Source: Octopus sinensis
Taxonomy: Eukaryota
Direction: 5' to 3'
DNA length: 64,000 nucleotides
Assembly (NCBI RefSeq): GCF_006345805.1
Contig: NC_043006.1
Span: 28,768,001-28,832,000, forward strand
Below, in pieces: positions 1-11,685 of the stretch. A model generated the notes under the pieces. It was not told where the DNA came from and ran no database searches. It saw only the letters and a list, made by a program, of their open reading frames with translations. Position 1 is the stretch's first letter. The number at the start of each line of letters is the position of its first letter. The translations under genes were made by a program, and so were the position numbers.

Positions 1-256
1 TTGCTTCTCCCCCTTCTTCCCTCCCTCGTGAAGCTGTGGGGAAGGGAGTGTAAGGAAATCAACGTCGTAAAGCATTGTCAAGGAGACCAGCGTTCTTTTA
101 GAACAACGACTTCATGGCTTGAAGACACCAAAATTACCATCATTTTTTATTCCATTTTTAATGCATTTTTTTGCTATTTTTTTGTTATAACTCACTAAAA
201 ATGCTTATATAGTTATTTCCCTTACAAACCCGAGCAACGCCGGGCGATACTGCTAG
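1..256 (+). mobile_element. Non-autonomous Helitron, 3' part (5' end not identified)
   Basis: 3' hairpin CCCGAGCAACGCCGGG (229-244) followed 8 nt later by terminal CTAG (253-256); 3' region shared with the next copy. Confidence 0.8.
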
Positions 257-620
257 TCTTTATATATAAAAGTCAAGTTGTGTGTCTGTCTCCTACGATT
301 TAGATTCCTAACTACTCCCACATTTTGCGGTGCAGTTTAACCAAAACCGGGTATCTTATAGTCGTGATTCATATCGAGCCCTTCTGGGTATTAGCGCGCG
401 TCTACGATTTTAAAAAAATTACCATCATTTTTTTCCATTTTAATGCATTTTTTTCGCTATTATATAAGGGAAGTAACTCTCTAAAAATGTGTGCGATGAG
501 TCAACGATTTTTTAAAAAAATTACCATCATTTTTTTGCTATTTTTTGGCTATAACTCTCTAAAAATGCTTATATAGTTATTTCCCTTACAAACCCGAGCA
601 ACGCCGGGCGATACTGCTAG
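257..620 (+). mobile_element. Non-autonomous Helitron, complete (364 bp)
   Basis: Starts TC(TTTATATATAAAAG); hairpin at 593-608; ends CTAG followed by T; internal duplicated block (AAAAAAATTACCATCATTTTTT). Confidence 0.85.
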
Positions 621-1211
621 TAAAATATATATCGTTACATAAACACACTTGCAACTTAAAGTGAGATTTAATCGCGGATTCTAACAATATTAGGTTTTAA
701 CTCTCTCTCTCTCTTACTCTTTCTCAGACACGAACGCACGCACGCACTACATACACACACAGATGCACACACACAGATACACACGAACACAGACACACAT
801 TGTACTCTTTCTCAGATTGCTCACAAATGCCATTGACAACATATAGTCTTGTTGAACTGTCGAGTCACAGGCGACCAAACCTGAAATCAGCTCGCCCCGC
901 TATGCAGACTTGATAAAAGAGGTTACAAGAGACCCAGCAACAAAAGAAACGAAAAAAAAAAAAAAAATAAAATGCACATCAAAAGGATGGATAAACCTAA
1001 TGCAGGGTCAACGAATATCAAGCAGTCAAGCTTTGGAAGCATTATCATTCGAGATGGTAAATGAACATGCATCGAAAATGGACACATACAAGTTACGGGT
1101 TTGATTTCCGATATTTGGGCTTAATATGTCAGATGTGGCGTAGGAACTTACTGAAGAACTTGTCAGTCTTTTCGCTGCATTTCGTACATTGTATACACTA
1201 TTACATACATA

Positions 1212-1354
1212 GGATCTTACAAACTATAGAATTTTCTCAATAAAGCCAAGAGAAAATGATGTTTTATAAACACATTCTACCAGTATACGAAGTTTAAAAC
1301 TTTTTAGTTACCTAGAAATTATGTTGCAAAGTGCCGTTCAAAAGGAAAAGATCC
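1212..1354. mobile_element. Internally deleted Merlin-like MITE (family A)
   Basis: Ends GGATCTT...AAGATCC; perfect 8-bp TSD CATACATA (1204-1211, 1355-1362); body matches the right part of 60878-61289. Confidence 0.8.
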
Positions 1355-1883
1355 CATACATAGATTATTGAATCTATGTTGGCAAAGTAAAAAAAGAAGT
1401 GGACAACAGAATGGGATGAATGATGTACACATCCTGTCTCCACATGTGGAAAAATACGTTGAACAAATGAAAAATATAATTCTAGTGCAAATGTTCGCAT
1501 TTTTCATGTTAGAGAGAGGTAATAAATAAATTCTATTGTTCAGTAACTTCAATTTCTCACGCATTCTGCTGTCAACACTTCCCGTTTATCATTTTCATAT
1601 CTTTCTGGCTTTGCTGTCATCATTTCCGGTCTTTTTGCTTTCGTATCTTATATTTTAGTTGTCGGAGCACAGCCTTAAAGGGTCTAGTCGAATAAATCGA
1701 CCCCAGTATTTAGTTTTTAAATCTGACACTTACTCTTAGGCTCTTTTTTGTCATACCTCTAAGTTTTGGAGATGTAAGCAAACCAACACCGGTTGTCAAG
1801 CGGAGGGAGCAATCCCATCACTCACTCACACACACACACACACACACACACACAACACACACACACACACACACACATGTATA

Positions 1884-4142
1884 CAGAGCGTCCTCGGTTC
1901 TCGACCATAATTTGTTCTGAAAGTGTGTTCGAAAACGGAATTGTTCGAGAACCAAATCATTTTTCCCATTACAATTAATGTAAAAGGGATTAATTCGTTT
2001 CCAAGCACCGGATGGATGCTTATTTATATGCTTACACTATATATTTTAGTATAAAAACGTTTATTCAAACTGTAAATAACACACAAAAGTGTGTTATTTC
2101 TTAGAAGGTGAGTCCTCTTCCATAAAAACTTCCGGTAACTGTCTTCCGAAGGTTTCTTCCCTTCTCTGTCTCTTTGGTCCAGTAAATCTTTCTCTGTGTT
2201 TTTTCTTTTTTCTTTCAGTAAAAACCTGTCCAATGTTAGTTGTTTTTGCCTGCGTTGTAAAATGTTCCTAAAATGAAACTTGACATTATCATTGAAAAAG
2301 TTTACTGCTCTATTTACTACCACTGTAGCAGAGTGATATTTTCCCACAAAACTTTGCATATCACCCCGTTTAGCACAAATGTCTTTGATTAAAGAACTTG
2401 GGACACCCTCCCTTCCTTCTCCTCAGAAGTCATTTCCTCAGCCAGTCTTTTGCTGTTCATTTTGAAGGTGTACGAGCTCTTCGGTGGTAAGCTCAGTACG
2501 GTTGTCTTCCATCAGCTCTTCAGTATCTTCATTCTCAACATCCATGCCCATAGCTTTCCCCATAGAGACAATATCATCAACAATAGCAATTTCCTCGACA
2601 GCAGCAGTACTTGTAGCTGTCTCAAACCCCTCATAGTCTCGTTCTGGTAGACAGTCTGACCATGCTGAATTCATGGTTCTGAGACTCACTTGGTTCCATG
2701 CATTATCAATAAGATTAACACAATTCAGGATATTGAAATGATTTTTCCAAAATTTTCTGAGGATTAATTGGGTGTTATTAGCGACCTGAAAATACTTTCG
2801 AAGCAGGGCTTTTGTGTAAAGTTTCTTAAAATTTGCAATGACCTGTTGGTCTATTGGTTGTATTTTGAGGAGTTGTGTTAGGTGGCAGGTATTTGACCTG
2901 AGTAAAATCAAACTCTTCAACTAAGTCATCCTCCAAACCTGGAGGAGGAGCGGGAGCGCTGTCTAAGACGAGAATACATTTTAGTGGCAAGTTTTTTCTT
3001 ACAGATATTTTTTAACACTCGGGGCAAAAACTTCATGAATCCACTCAATAAAAAATTGTCTGGTTACCCAAGCTTTCGTATTAGCCCGCCACAAAACAGG
3101 CAATTTACACTTCATAACAGTCTTTCTTTTGAAAACTCTCGGATTATCGGAATGGTAAACAAGCAATGGCTTGACCTTGAAATCGCCACTTGCATTACCG
3201 CATAGCAAAAGAGTGAGTCTATCTTTCATTGACTTATGCCCTGGCAATGCTTCTTCCTCCTTAGTAATATAGGTCCTATTTGGCATACGTTTCCAAAATA
3301 ATCCTGTTTCACCCCCGTTAAACACTTGTTGGGGGAGATAACCTCCTTCCTTTCTCAAGTCACTAAACTCAATCAAATTTCTCAGCCGCTTCCTTGTTTG
3401 AACTCGCCGCCTCTTCATGCCTAATTACACTGTGTATTTGACCTGAGTAAACTCAAACTCTTCTTAAATTTCTCGAACTAGCCTCTGCAAGCTTTGAATT
3501 CAAAAGTGTCTCTTTCAGCATTTGTACCAGGGCAAGAGCATTATAAATTTCTAATGCTTTCTCACAAATAAATGCTTTACTGATACTGTCACCTGCTAAC
3601 TGTTTCTCATTTATAAAAATAAGCAATAACTTTTCCACTTCTTCGAGTACCTTTGGTCTTTGTTTATTAATAACAGTCACTCCTTTTGCAACATCAACTG
3701 CTGTTATCACTTCCCTATTTTTTTAGAATAGTAGATATTGTCGATTTAGGCAGGCCGTACTGCCCAGCGAGATCTAACACACGAACGCCATTTTTTGTGT
3801 TTTGCGATGATTTCTTTCTTCACCGCAATTGTTTTTCTCTCAACTTTTCTTTTTCCTTTACCGGTATCACTGCTAGCTTTCTTTGGAGCCATGACTAAGG
3901 GCTAATGAAAAGAAAAAAAAGGCTCAGTACGATAAAAGTGAAAAGAAAAGCATGGCACAACGCATGAATGTATACAACAGGGCGGTCGACTCAGAAATGA
4001 TACCATTCGGGTTAACTCGGTTCGACAACGTTGTTCGAGTACCGAAATTTCGTTCGATAACCGAGGCATTTTCATCTTGAATTTTCTGTTCAAAAGCCGG
4101 TTTGTTCGATATGTGAGACGTTCGAGAACCAAGGTTGCTCTG
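1884..4142 (-). mobile_element. Full-length decayed Tigger/pogo DNA transposon
   Basis: TIRs CAGAGCGTCCTCGGTTCTCGA / TCGAGAACCAAGGTTGCTCTG with TA TSD; encloses a frameshifted transposase. Confidence 0.92.
2120..3892 (-). pseudogene. Tigger-type (CENP-B HTH + DDE_1) transposase pseudogene
   Basis: Starts MAPKK; motifs EVEKLLLIFINEKQLAGDSIS, QQVFNGGETGLFWKRMPNRTYI, KDRLTLLLCGNASGD, IQPIDQQVIANFKKLY split over ORFs 3453-3710, 2999-3418, 2438-2920, 2024-2359. Confidence 0.92.
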
Positions 4143-4319
4143 TATATATATATATATATATGCAGGAAGTACTCGCGTGTCCGAATGCAGCAAGTTGTTA
4201 GAAAGTAGAAAAATTACTCGGATGTTACCAAAGCACCCTCCAAAAAGAGCAAAGGGAGACCAATCGTCAGAGTTGGAGTTACTGATCTGTTGTAGAAATA
4301 GGCAAGCAATGTACTAAAT

Positions 4320-4736
4320 CAGGGGTCGGCAAAGAGGTCAGTATTGATCCCTGGAAATCACTGGTTATCCGAGAGGTCGATAAACTCCGTTAAGCAATTT
4401 TGAGCTATATTATTGGCGGACTAAATCTGGAAAAGCCAAAACTCACTTATTTTCAGCCAAATATTGATGCAATAACTAATATTCAGCGAACACATATTTT
4501 ATATTAAATATTCTGAGTTTGTTCTTTATCAATTTCGATAAGTATTTTAATTAAATTTCTATAATATTTCTTCTTAGTAAGTAGTAATGACACAAAGAAC
4601 GAAGGAGTTGTTGTATTCAAAAAATCTTTTATTAATTATACTTTTTAATATTATGTTAAAATTTACATGATAGGGAGATACGTTTTCAACAATTCCATGG
4701 AGGGATTAATGATTATAAGACGTTTGCCGATCCCTA
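4320..4736. mobile_element. hAT-type MITE, old
   Basis: TIR pair CAGGGGTCGGCAAA / TTTGCCGATCCCTA; no clean TSD; an inverted fragment of its interior recurs at ~8130-8310. Confidence 0.55.
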
Positions 4737-5774
4737 ATTTAGGCTCTTTTCAATGTCCTTCCTGATCAACAGGTGGATAATGTTATCTGTGGAAGGGACT
4801 ACTAAGTGACTTGGAGAGCTGCCAAATCTCTCTGTTGCCATAGTTTGGAAACGAAGTGGCTAAAGTCCCAAGCTGTCGGTATGCAGGTTTGCAAATACAG
4901 GGTGTTCGAGCTAAATTTGACGAGTTTTTTTATGTCTCCATTTTTCAAAAACTGCTTGATGCATGGGTGAAAAGTCAACGGCGCCAGAGGGCACAAAACT
5001 TAAAGTTGTAGTTGAGAAAAAGTTAGCTGGCATGAAGGACTGAAAGTCATCAAAATATTGGAAAAGAGTTACCTGTATCATGATGATTCGCGCTGGGTAT
5101 CAAAATGCCAACCTCATGGTTGCTGCTCGAAGCTCTGTGAACACTATAAAGTAATAGTTCTTAACCTTGGGGGGAGGGACGTCGATAACTTCGGGGGGGG
5201 GGGGGCAAGCCGTTGAGGAAAAGCAGGAATTTATCTAATTATATTTGTTAATCTCTTAACGAGAGCATAGTCAAATAATGAGAAATTTATGAAAAAATGC
5301 AAAAATATCACCTTATACCTTCAGTTTTCTTATTCTACTATCTTATCATTCTACTAGCTTGCTTTTTCTCTGTTCTTATTGACCCCACTTCACATCCCTC
5401 AAAACCCTCACTAATTCTGAATTGTAACTTTAACATTTGCCTTTATTTTGTAATTTTTTTCGTTACAAGTCTCAGGTTGGTAGATTATAAACTAGTTTGA
5501 TCCACAGTTTTCACATATATGAAATAATGTGATTCTTAAAAATCAAGAGACATGCTGAAACATTATTAAATAATTATAGTAACATACTAAGAAATATTAA
5601 CTTAATTTTTAAAAATTGAAAACTATTTTAAAATTTTAGCAAGAAGGAAAATATGATAAATTTAAAAATAGGAAATAAAACAAAAAATATGTAATAGGTT
5701 CTACTATTGCTCAATTTAATAAAGTTTCAAAAGCAATAAAACCAAAATTTTTTATATTAAATGTTTGTTTAAAA

Positions 5775-7150
5775 CTTCAATGGTTGTTGAGGCTTCCTAT
5801 GAGATCGCCATGTTGATTGTAAAGAGCAAGAAGAGTCATAACATCGGAGATTCTCTCATAAAACCAAGTGTACTCCGTGCAGCAGAACTTGTTCTATAGA
5901 AAGATAGTGCAAACAAGCTTTCCCAGATTTCACTATCAAACGATACAGTCAATAGAAGGACCGACGACTTGTCTCAAGACATCAAAGATCAAATTCTCGA
6001 CCAGGTAAGATATTCTCCTGTTTTTGCCATCCAGTGTGACGAAACGACTGACATTGCTCAGTGTTCTCAACTACTGGTATATGCTCGTTTTGCGTCAGGC
6101 AAATATGTAAAAGAGGAGATGTTCTTTTACTCTATGGATAGTTATACAACAGCAGCAGCTATTTTTCGTGATGTATCAAACTCCTTTCCGGAAAAACTAA
6201 CTTTCGTAGCATTCGCTTAGAGGGGTGTGCATTGATGGGGCTCCAACCATGCTTGGTCTGCAGTCTGGATTCATTACTAGGGTGAAAGAAAAAATCCATC
6301 TGTTGTTTCATCGTGAAGCCTTAGCATCCAGAACCGTACCTACTGAAATGAGAAACGTCCTGAACGTGGCTATCAAGGTTGTCAACTTTGCTAAATGTGG
6401 AACCTTAAACATTCGTCTTTTCAAACTGTTGTTTGAATCTGAATACGAAGCATTGCTTTTTCACACGAACGTACAATGGCTATCAGAGGGGAACATGCTT
6501 GGACGGCTTTATGAACTACGAGATGTAACAATATTTCTTGATTTGCAGCAGAAAGCAGATCTCCATGACAAGTTCCAGTCTGAAGGCTTTCAGCTATTTC
6601 TAGCTTACCCGGTGGACATCTTCGAAGCGTTGAATGCTCTCAACCTTAAACTACAAGGGAAAAACATCAACATTCTCACGCACCACGACACCATTCGAAC
6701 CTTAAAGAAACAAATAATCACTCATCTAACTGACTTGAAAACAGAATTCATCAGATGCTTCCCAGATATAGAGGAAAAGCGTGAAGCTTGGAAATTCTTC
6801 AGGAACCCATTTCATTGTGAAGTGACTGATGTTTTGGATGAAGTGCAAGAGGAGTTTCTTGAGCTGAAGTTCAACTCCCCAGCTAAGGAAGACTTTAAAG
6901 AACTGGATCTTGAAATGTTCCGGATCAAGTACCTTCCTGTTTACCCTCTGATCTCACATCAGACTCTTTGGATTTTAGCTATGTTTGGACCCACGTATCT
7001 TTGTGAAGCTGCATCTTCCACACTCGTTACTGTAAATATCAAGTACAGAAACAGGCTGAACGTTGAAAGGGACTTACGTTGTGCACACTCTGGCATTCAA
7101 CCACGCAGTCAAGATCTTGTAGCTAAGAAGCAGTGTCAAGTTTCTCACTT
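5775..7150 (+). pseudogene. hAT Charlie/Buster-type (ZBED5/SCAND3-like) transposase pseudogene
   Basis: Motifs ISLSNDTVNRR, FAIQCDETTDIAQCSQLLVYARF, CIDGAPTMLG, HREALAS, LLFHTNVQWLS, FGPTYLCEAASS; stops, frameshifts and deletions; degenerate hAT end near 5150. Confidence 0.9.
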
Positions 7151-7289
7151 TGTGATTATATATAAAATTATACATATTTTGTATAATGTGACTAATTCGT
7201 ATTCAATAAAAAGTCTAAAAACATATTTTAGATTTTATTTAAAATCTGTGAGGGAATTTTATTCATAGATGCAAGGAAACATTCCCCCT

Positions 7290-7693
7290 CACTAGCACCA
7301 AAGAAGGCTGAGGTTGTTTCATCTGCGAGGAAAGTGACGGCCTCATTTTTGGGAGGATGCAAAATACATTGTGCTTATTGACTATCTTCAAAAGGGACAC
7401 AGCATCAATGGAGCGTACTATACCATCTTGCTGAGGCAGTTATGTGATATCTGATACTCTTTTATTTGTTTCAGTCACTTGACTGCAGCCATGCTGGAGC
7501 ACCACCTTTAGTCGAGCAAATCGACCCCAGGACTTATTCTTTGTAAGCCTAGTACATATTCTATCGGTCTCTTTTGCCGAACCGCTAAGTTACGGGGACG
7601 TAAACACACCAGCATCAGTTGTCAAGCGACGTTGGGGGACAAATACAGACACACAAACATACACACACATACATACATACATACATACATACA

Positions 7694-7729
<36 letters not shown>

Positions 7730-8075
7730 CATATATACGACGGGCTTCTTTCAATTTCCGTCTACTAAATCCTCTCACAAGGCTTTGGTCGGCCCGAGGC
7801 TATAGTAGAAGACATTTGCCCAAGGTGCCACGTAGTGGGACTGAACACGGAACCATGTGGTTCGTAAGCAAGCTACTTACTACACAGCCACTCCTAAGCT
7901 TATGTTGACTTTTTAAGCAACAGGATGAAAGCTTCACCAATGGGATCCAAGCACTGAGGCACTGATGGAAGAAGTGTGTGGACCGCTTGGGAGACTATGT
8001 TGAAAAATAAACCTCATTTGGTCGCATTCCGTGAGGGTATCTTGAGCAACCTGTGCACTTTTCAGCCGTCCCTCG
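7290..8075 (+). mobile_element. mariner 3' remnant interrupted by a SINE
   Basis: PKKAEVVSSARKV..IVLIDYLQKGHSING at ~7297-7440; C-terminus KKCVDRLGDYVEK* near 7970-8010; terminal ...CCTCG|TA. Confidence 0.75.
7455..7899 (-). mobile_element. tRNA-derived SINE, family S1 (head AGGAGTGGCTGTG..., internal (TATG)n)
   Basis: A/B-box head on the minus strand; near-identical copy at 58177-58556; fragments at ~1660-1805, 29100-29210, 32925-33115, 40300-40445, 50301-50450, 53440-53600. Confidence 0.85.
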
Positions 8076-8387
8076 TAACATATCAACCCACTTCAAGTAA
8101 TTTTCTGGAATAAGATGCTAAAGTGTGATTATCACTAAAAATTATTGATTTAAAAACAGTAATTCCTTCGTTCTTTTGTGCCGTTACTCTTTTTTTAGTA
8201 AGAAATGTCTAAATATTTAAAGAAATTTAATGAAAATACTAAACGAAATTAATAAAGAACAATTATATTAGTCATTGATATAGTTGGAATATTTAATGTG
8301 AAATATGTTTGGTGTTTACTAGTTATTATATCGATATTTGACTGGAAATTTGAGTTTTAGCCTTGAATTACGGCGCTGTTCCACATA

Positions 8388-8405
8388 AGATAGATAGCTA
8401 GCTAA

Positions 8406-8499
<94 letters not shown>

Positions 8500-8500
8500 T

Positions 8501-8581
<81 letters not shown>

Positions 8582-8596
8582 GTAGATAGATAGATA
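8388..8596. repeat. (GATA)n microsatellite
   Basis: Direct reading. Confidence 0.97.
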
Positions 8597-8961
8597 AAAA
8601 TATCAGAGAGCGACCTGGTGTAGTGCTGAATGAGTAGCAGGGTGAGTAGGACAAGGCTGTTAATCATATGGTGGTGGTTTTACTCAGAGGGATATACTGA
8701 AAGGTTCTGGTCATAGACTAAACTGAAGGAACAATGTTGCATTTGTTCTGTCTGATAGAGAATAAAGTAGCGATGGCAGGTACAGGCGACGTATTTGGGG
8801 TAGTGGTGGCAGGAAGTGCTGATGGTGAGGATGGTGTTGTTGTTGGTGGTGGTGTTCGCGATTTGCGGTGGTGGTGACTATAATGGTGATGATGGAGAAC
8901 GTATTCGTTGATGGTGGTGGTAGGAAATGTGTTGTTTCCAGTTGTAAGCGTGGGTGCAGCG

Positions 8962-8996
8962 ACGGCGGTGGTGGTGATGGTGTTGGTGGTGGTGGT

Positions 8997-9033
<37 letters not shown>

Positions 9034-9062
9034 GTGGTGGTGGTGGTGGTGGTGGTGGTGGG
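8962..9062. repeat. (GGT)n/(GGC)n trinucleotide repeat
   Basis: Direct reading; explains the poly-Gly/Val ORFs. Confidence 0.95.
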
Positions 9063-9430
9063 GAAGTTTATTTTGGGAGTGTTGGCAGTGTTAAAGGGAG
9101 TGGCGCGCTTAGTACTGGCGTTGACGTAGATTGGGGAAGTAGTAATGATGGTAATTATGAAGAGAATGTGGTAATAAAGTGAAAGTAAACTGTCCTAAAA
9201 ATGAAAGTAAACTGCGATAGTAACGGGAAATAACGACAGTCTTATCCACATATATACATTATTTGGATTATAAATGGTAAAGTCAAATGACTTTTCTCAA
9301 AAAAGAAATTGACTTGTATAGCCCGAGTGAATCCACGGGAACAACGCCACCTCTTCCCGCCGATTCTTTCTGCATAGCTCATGAATTGTGCATGTAACAG
9401 TGTTAGCTATCATGCGTCGACATACAAGCT

Positions 9431-9555
9431 TTCCCTAACCCTAAAACCCTAAAACCCAAGTCCTAAAACTCTAACCCTAACCCTAAAACCCTAACTCTAA
9501 CCCTAAAACCCTAACCCTAACACCCTAACCCTAGGGTTTTAGGGTTAGGGTTTTA
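9431..9555. repeat. Interstitial telomere-like array, (CCCTAA/CCCTAAAA)n then (TTTTAGGG/TTAGGG)n
   Basis: Direct reading; strand switch at CCCTAGGG (9529-9536). Confidence 0.92.
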
Positions 9556-10060
9556 ACTGAATTGCTTTCTCTGAAGTCTTCGTCGATGAGGATAGTACGT
9601 TCGAACGTACTCCAATTACTATTGGTGTTCTCCAATAACGACAATTGCATCAACAACAGCAGCAACAGTAGCCGTTCAAGAATTTGGACCTGGAGATCTC
9701 CATTTCCAGTGACTTCGAGGGCCACTTCCCAGTGGTGTTGGGCGTCAACGAAGAGCCCTCGACAACAACAAGACGACTAAAGTTTTTTTTTTTTTTTTTT
9801 TTTTTTTTCAAGGTTTGGGGTCTCCCGCCCCTAAGCCCTAGATCATCACCTAATCACCCTTACCCGCGACTGAAATAAATACTTAAACATCACTAGAAGA
9901 CATTGTACAATCAGGTGCCTGTGGATGTGGCGTAACGAGGGAGTTCGAAATACCTCCACATGCGTTACCCACCACCACCGACTTTGTTGCCTCATAACTT
10001 CCAGAAGAATGTATATGTTTAAATGACATTTTCTACAAATACGCTTCAGAGTGATGAGAT

Positions 10061-11111
10061 CAGAAGTTCTCAACAAATTTTGGTCGGTGGACCCTTTTCA
10101 TTACTATTTTATTCTTGTGGAGCCCGTAGCCATTCGATGTTTAAAAACTAGCTTCATAAATACTTCTTTCAAAATTCCTATTTTGTTTTTCACATTTGTG
10201 TAGATTGAACTATGTAAAACGTTCGAGAAAGGAACCTAGCTATTTCTTGCAATACATACCAATACAGACCATCTAAAGCAAAATTTTTTTACAGGGCCCT
10301 TAGAATACTATTGCGGATCCCCAACTTGCTATTTTATTGCATGGACCCACCAAAATTTAGATCTTTACCTTTTGACCTACAGATTTAAAAAATAATTTTT
10401 TGTGACTAAACACTTTGAAACTTCGGACACTGGTAGAATATGTCATATAAAACATATTTTACTCTTAGCATTTTTGAGAAAAACTTATATTTACGAAGTT
10501 ATTTCACGTTAAAGTTGTCGTATTTCAGTAATTTCAACCAATCAATGACGTGTATTCAGCTGAATAAAATGTCGGCCGTTGTTTGTCAACAACAACTATC
10601 GGCGGTGTATATTTCATTTGTCACTCTTATTTATGACATCGTTCGTGCGTTTGTACTGGTTTTAAGGTTTTAGGGTTAGGGTTGGGGTTTTAGGGTTAGG
10701 GTGTTAGGGTTAGGGTTTTAGGGTTTTAGGGCTAGGGTTAGGATTAAGGTTTTAGGGTTAGGGTTAGGATTAAGGTTTTAGGGTTAGGGTTAGTGTTGTC
10801 ATAAATAACAGTGACAAACGAAATATACACCGCCGATAGTTGTTGTTGACAAACAACAGCAGTAATTTTATTCAGCTGAATACACGTCATTGATTGGTTG
10901 AAATTACCGAAATACGAGAACTTTAACGTGAAATAACTTCGTAAATATAAGTTTTTCTCAAAAATGCTAAGAGTAAAATATGTTTTATATGACACATTCT
11001 ACCAGTGTCCGAAGTTTGAAAGTGTTTAATTACAAAAAATTATTTTTTAAATCTGTAGGTCAAAAGGTAAAGATCCCAAAATTTTATATGGACCCTGGTT
11101 GAGAACCACTC
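10061..11111. mobile_element. hAT (Charlie-like) MITE hosting a nested insertion
   Basis: Ends CAGAAGTTCTCAAC / GTTGAGAACCACTC; repeated GGACCC subterminal motifs. Confidence 0.65.
10359..11076. mobile_element. Merlin-like foldback MITE (family B): 280-bp TIRs, telomere-like spacer
   Basis: Arms 10359-10638 and 10797-11076; ends AGATCTTTACC / GGTAAAGATCC; perfect 8-bp TSD CAAAATTT; TTAGGG/TTTTAGGG at ~10660-10793. Confidence 0.9.
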
Positions 11112-11529
11112 GTATGGATTCTAATTGTATAAGAATTTATTGAGGAAAAGATTTTTCCGTGGGTTGGGTGAGAAGTTTCGGAAAATTCACACGAGTCAGC
11201 TTTCTTTACATATAAGTTTCAGAAAAATGGGTAATTCTTAATGAAATTTTTTTTATAAATACCTTTCAGAGTGTGTAGATTACGATTATATAATGTGAAA
11301 AAAATAAATTTGGTGGGTTCGTGCACATACATACTAACAACACACATTACATATATCTACAAAATGAAACTTAATCCGGTTTTTACATTCTGGCTCCACT
11401 CGTCTCATCACCGTGATGGTGTTGCTGAAACTGCAGAGGTTGTTGCTGCTGCTGCTGCTGTTGCAGTTGTTGTTTCTGTTGCTGCTACTGTTGTGTTATT
11501 ACTTCTATTGCTGTTGTCCTTTCTGTCTC

Positions 11530-11562
11530 TGTTGTTGTTGTTGTTGTTGTTGCTGTAGTTTA

Positions 11563-11598
<36 letters not shown>

Positions 11599-11601
11599 TT
11601 T

Positions 11602-11651
<50 letters not shown>

Positions 11652-11685
11652 GATGATGATGATGATGTTGTTGTTGTTGTTGTTA
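11530..11685. repeat. (TTG)n microsatellite
   Basis: Direct reading. Confidence 0.95.

Noticed and set aside
1826-1878. Single-base interruptions in CA/GT tracts (CACAACAC, GTGGTGTG) recurring across the window
   Set aside because: Most simply slippage or long-read consensus errors; cannot be interpreted without reads.
6225-7268. 347-aa ORF as a domesticated ZBED/SCAND3-type gene
   Set aside because: Stops and frameshifts upstream, internal deletions, and read-through past the natural end: a dead transposase.
9431-9555. Ancient telomere-telomere fusion site
   Set aside because: Polarity is CCCTAA then TTAGGG, opposite to a fusion, and the flanks are contiguous in a paralog.
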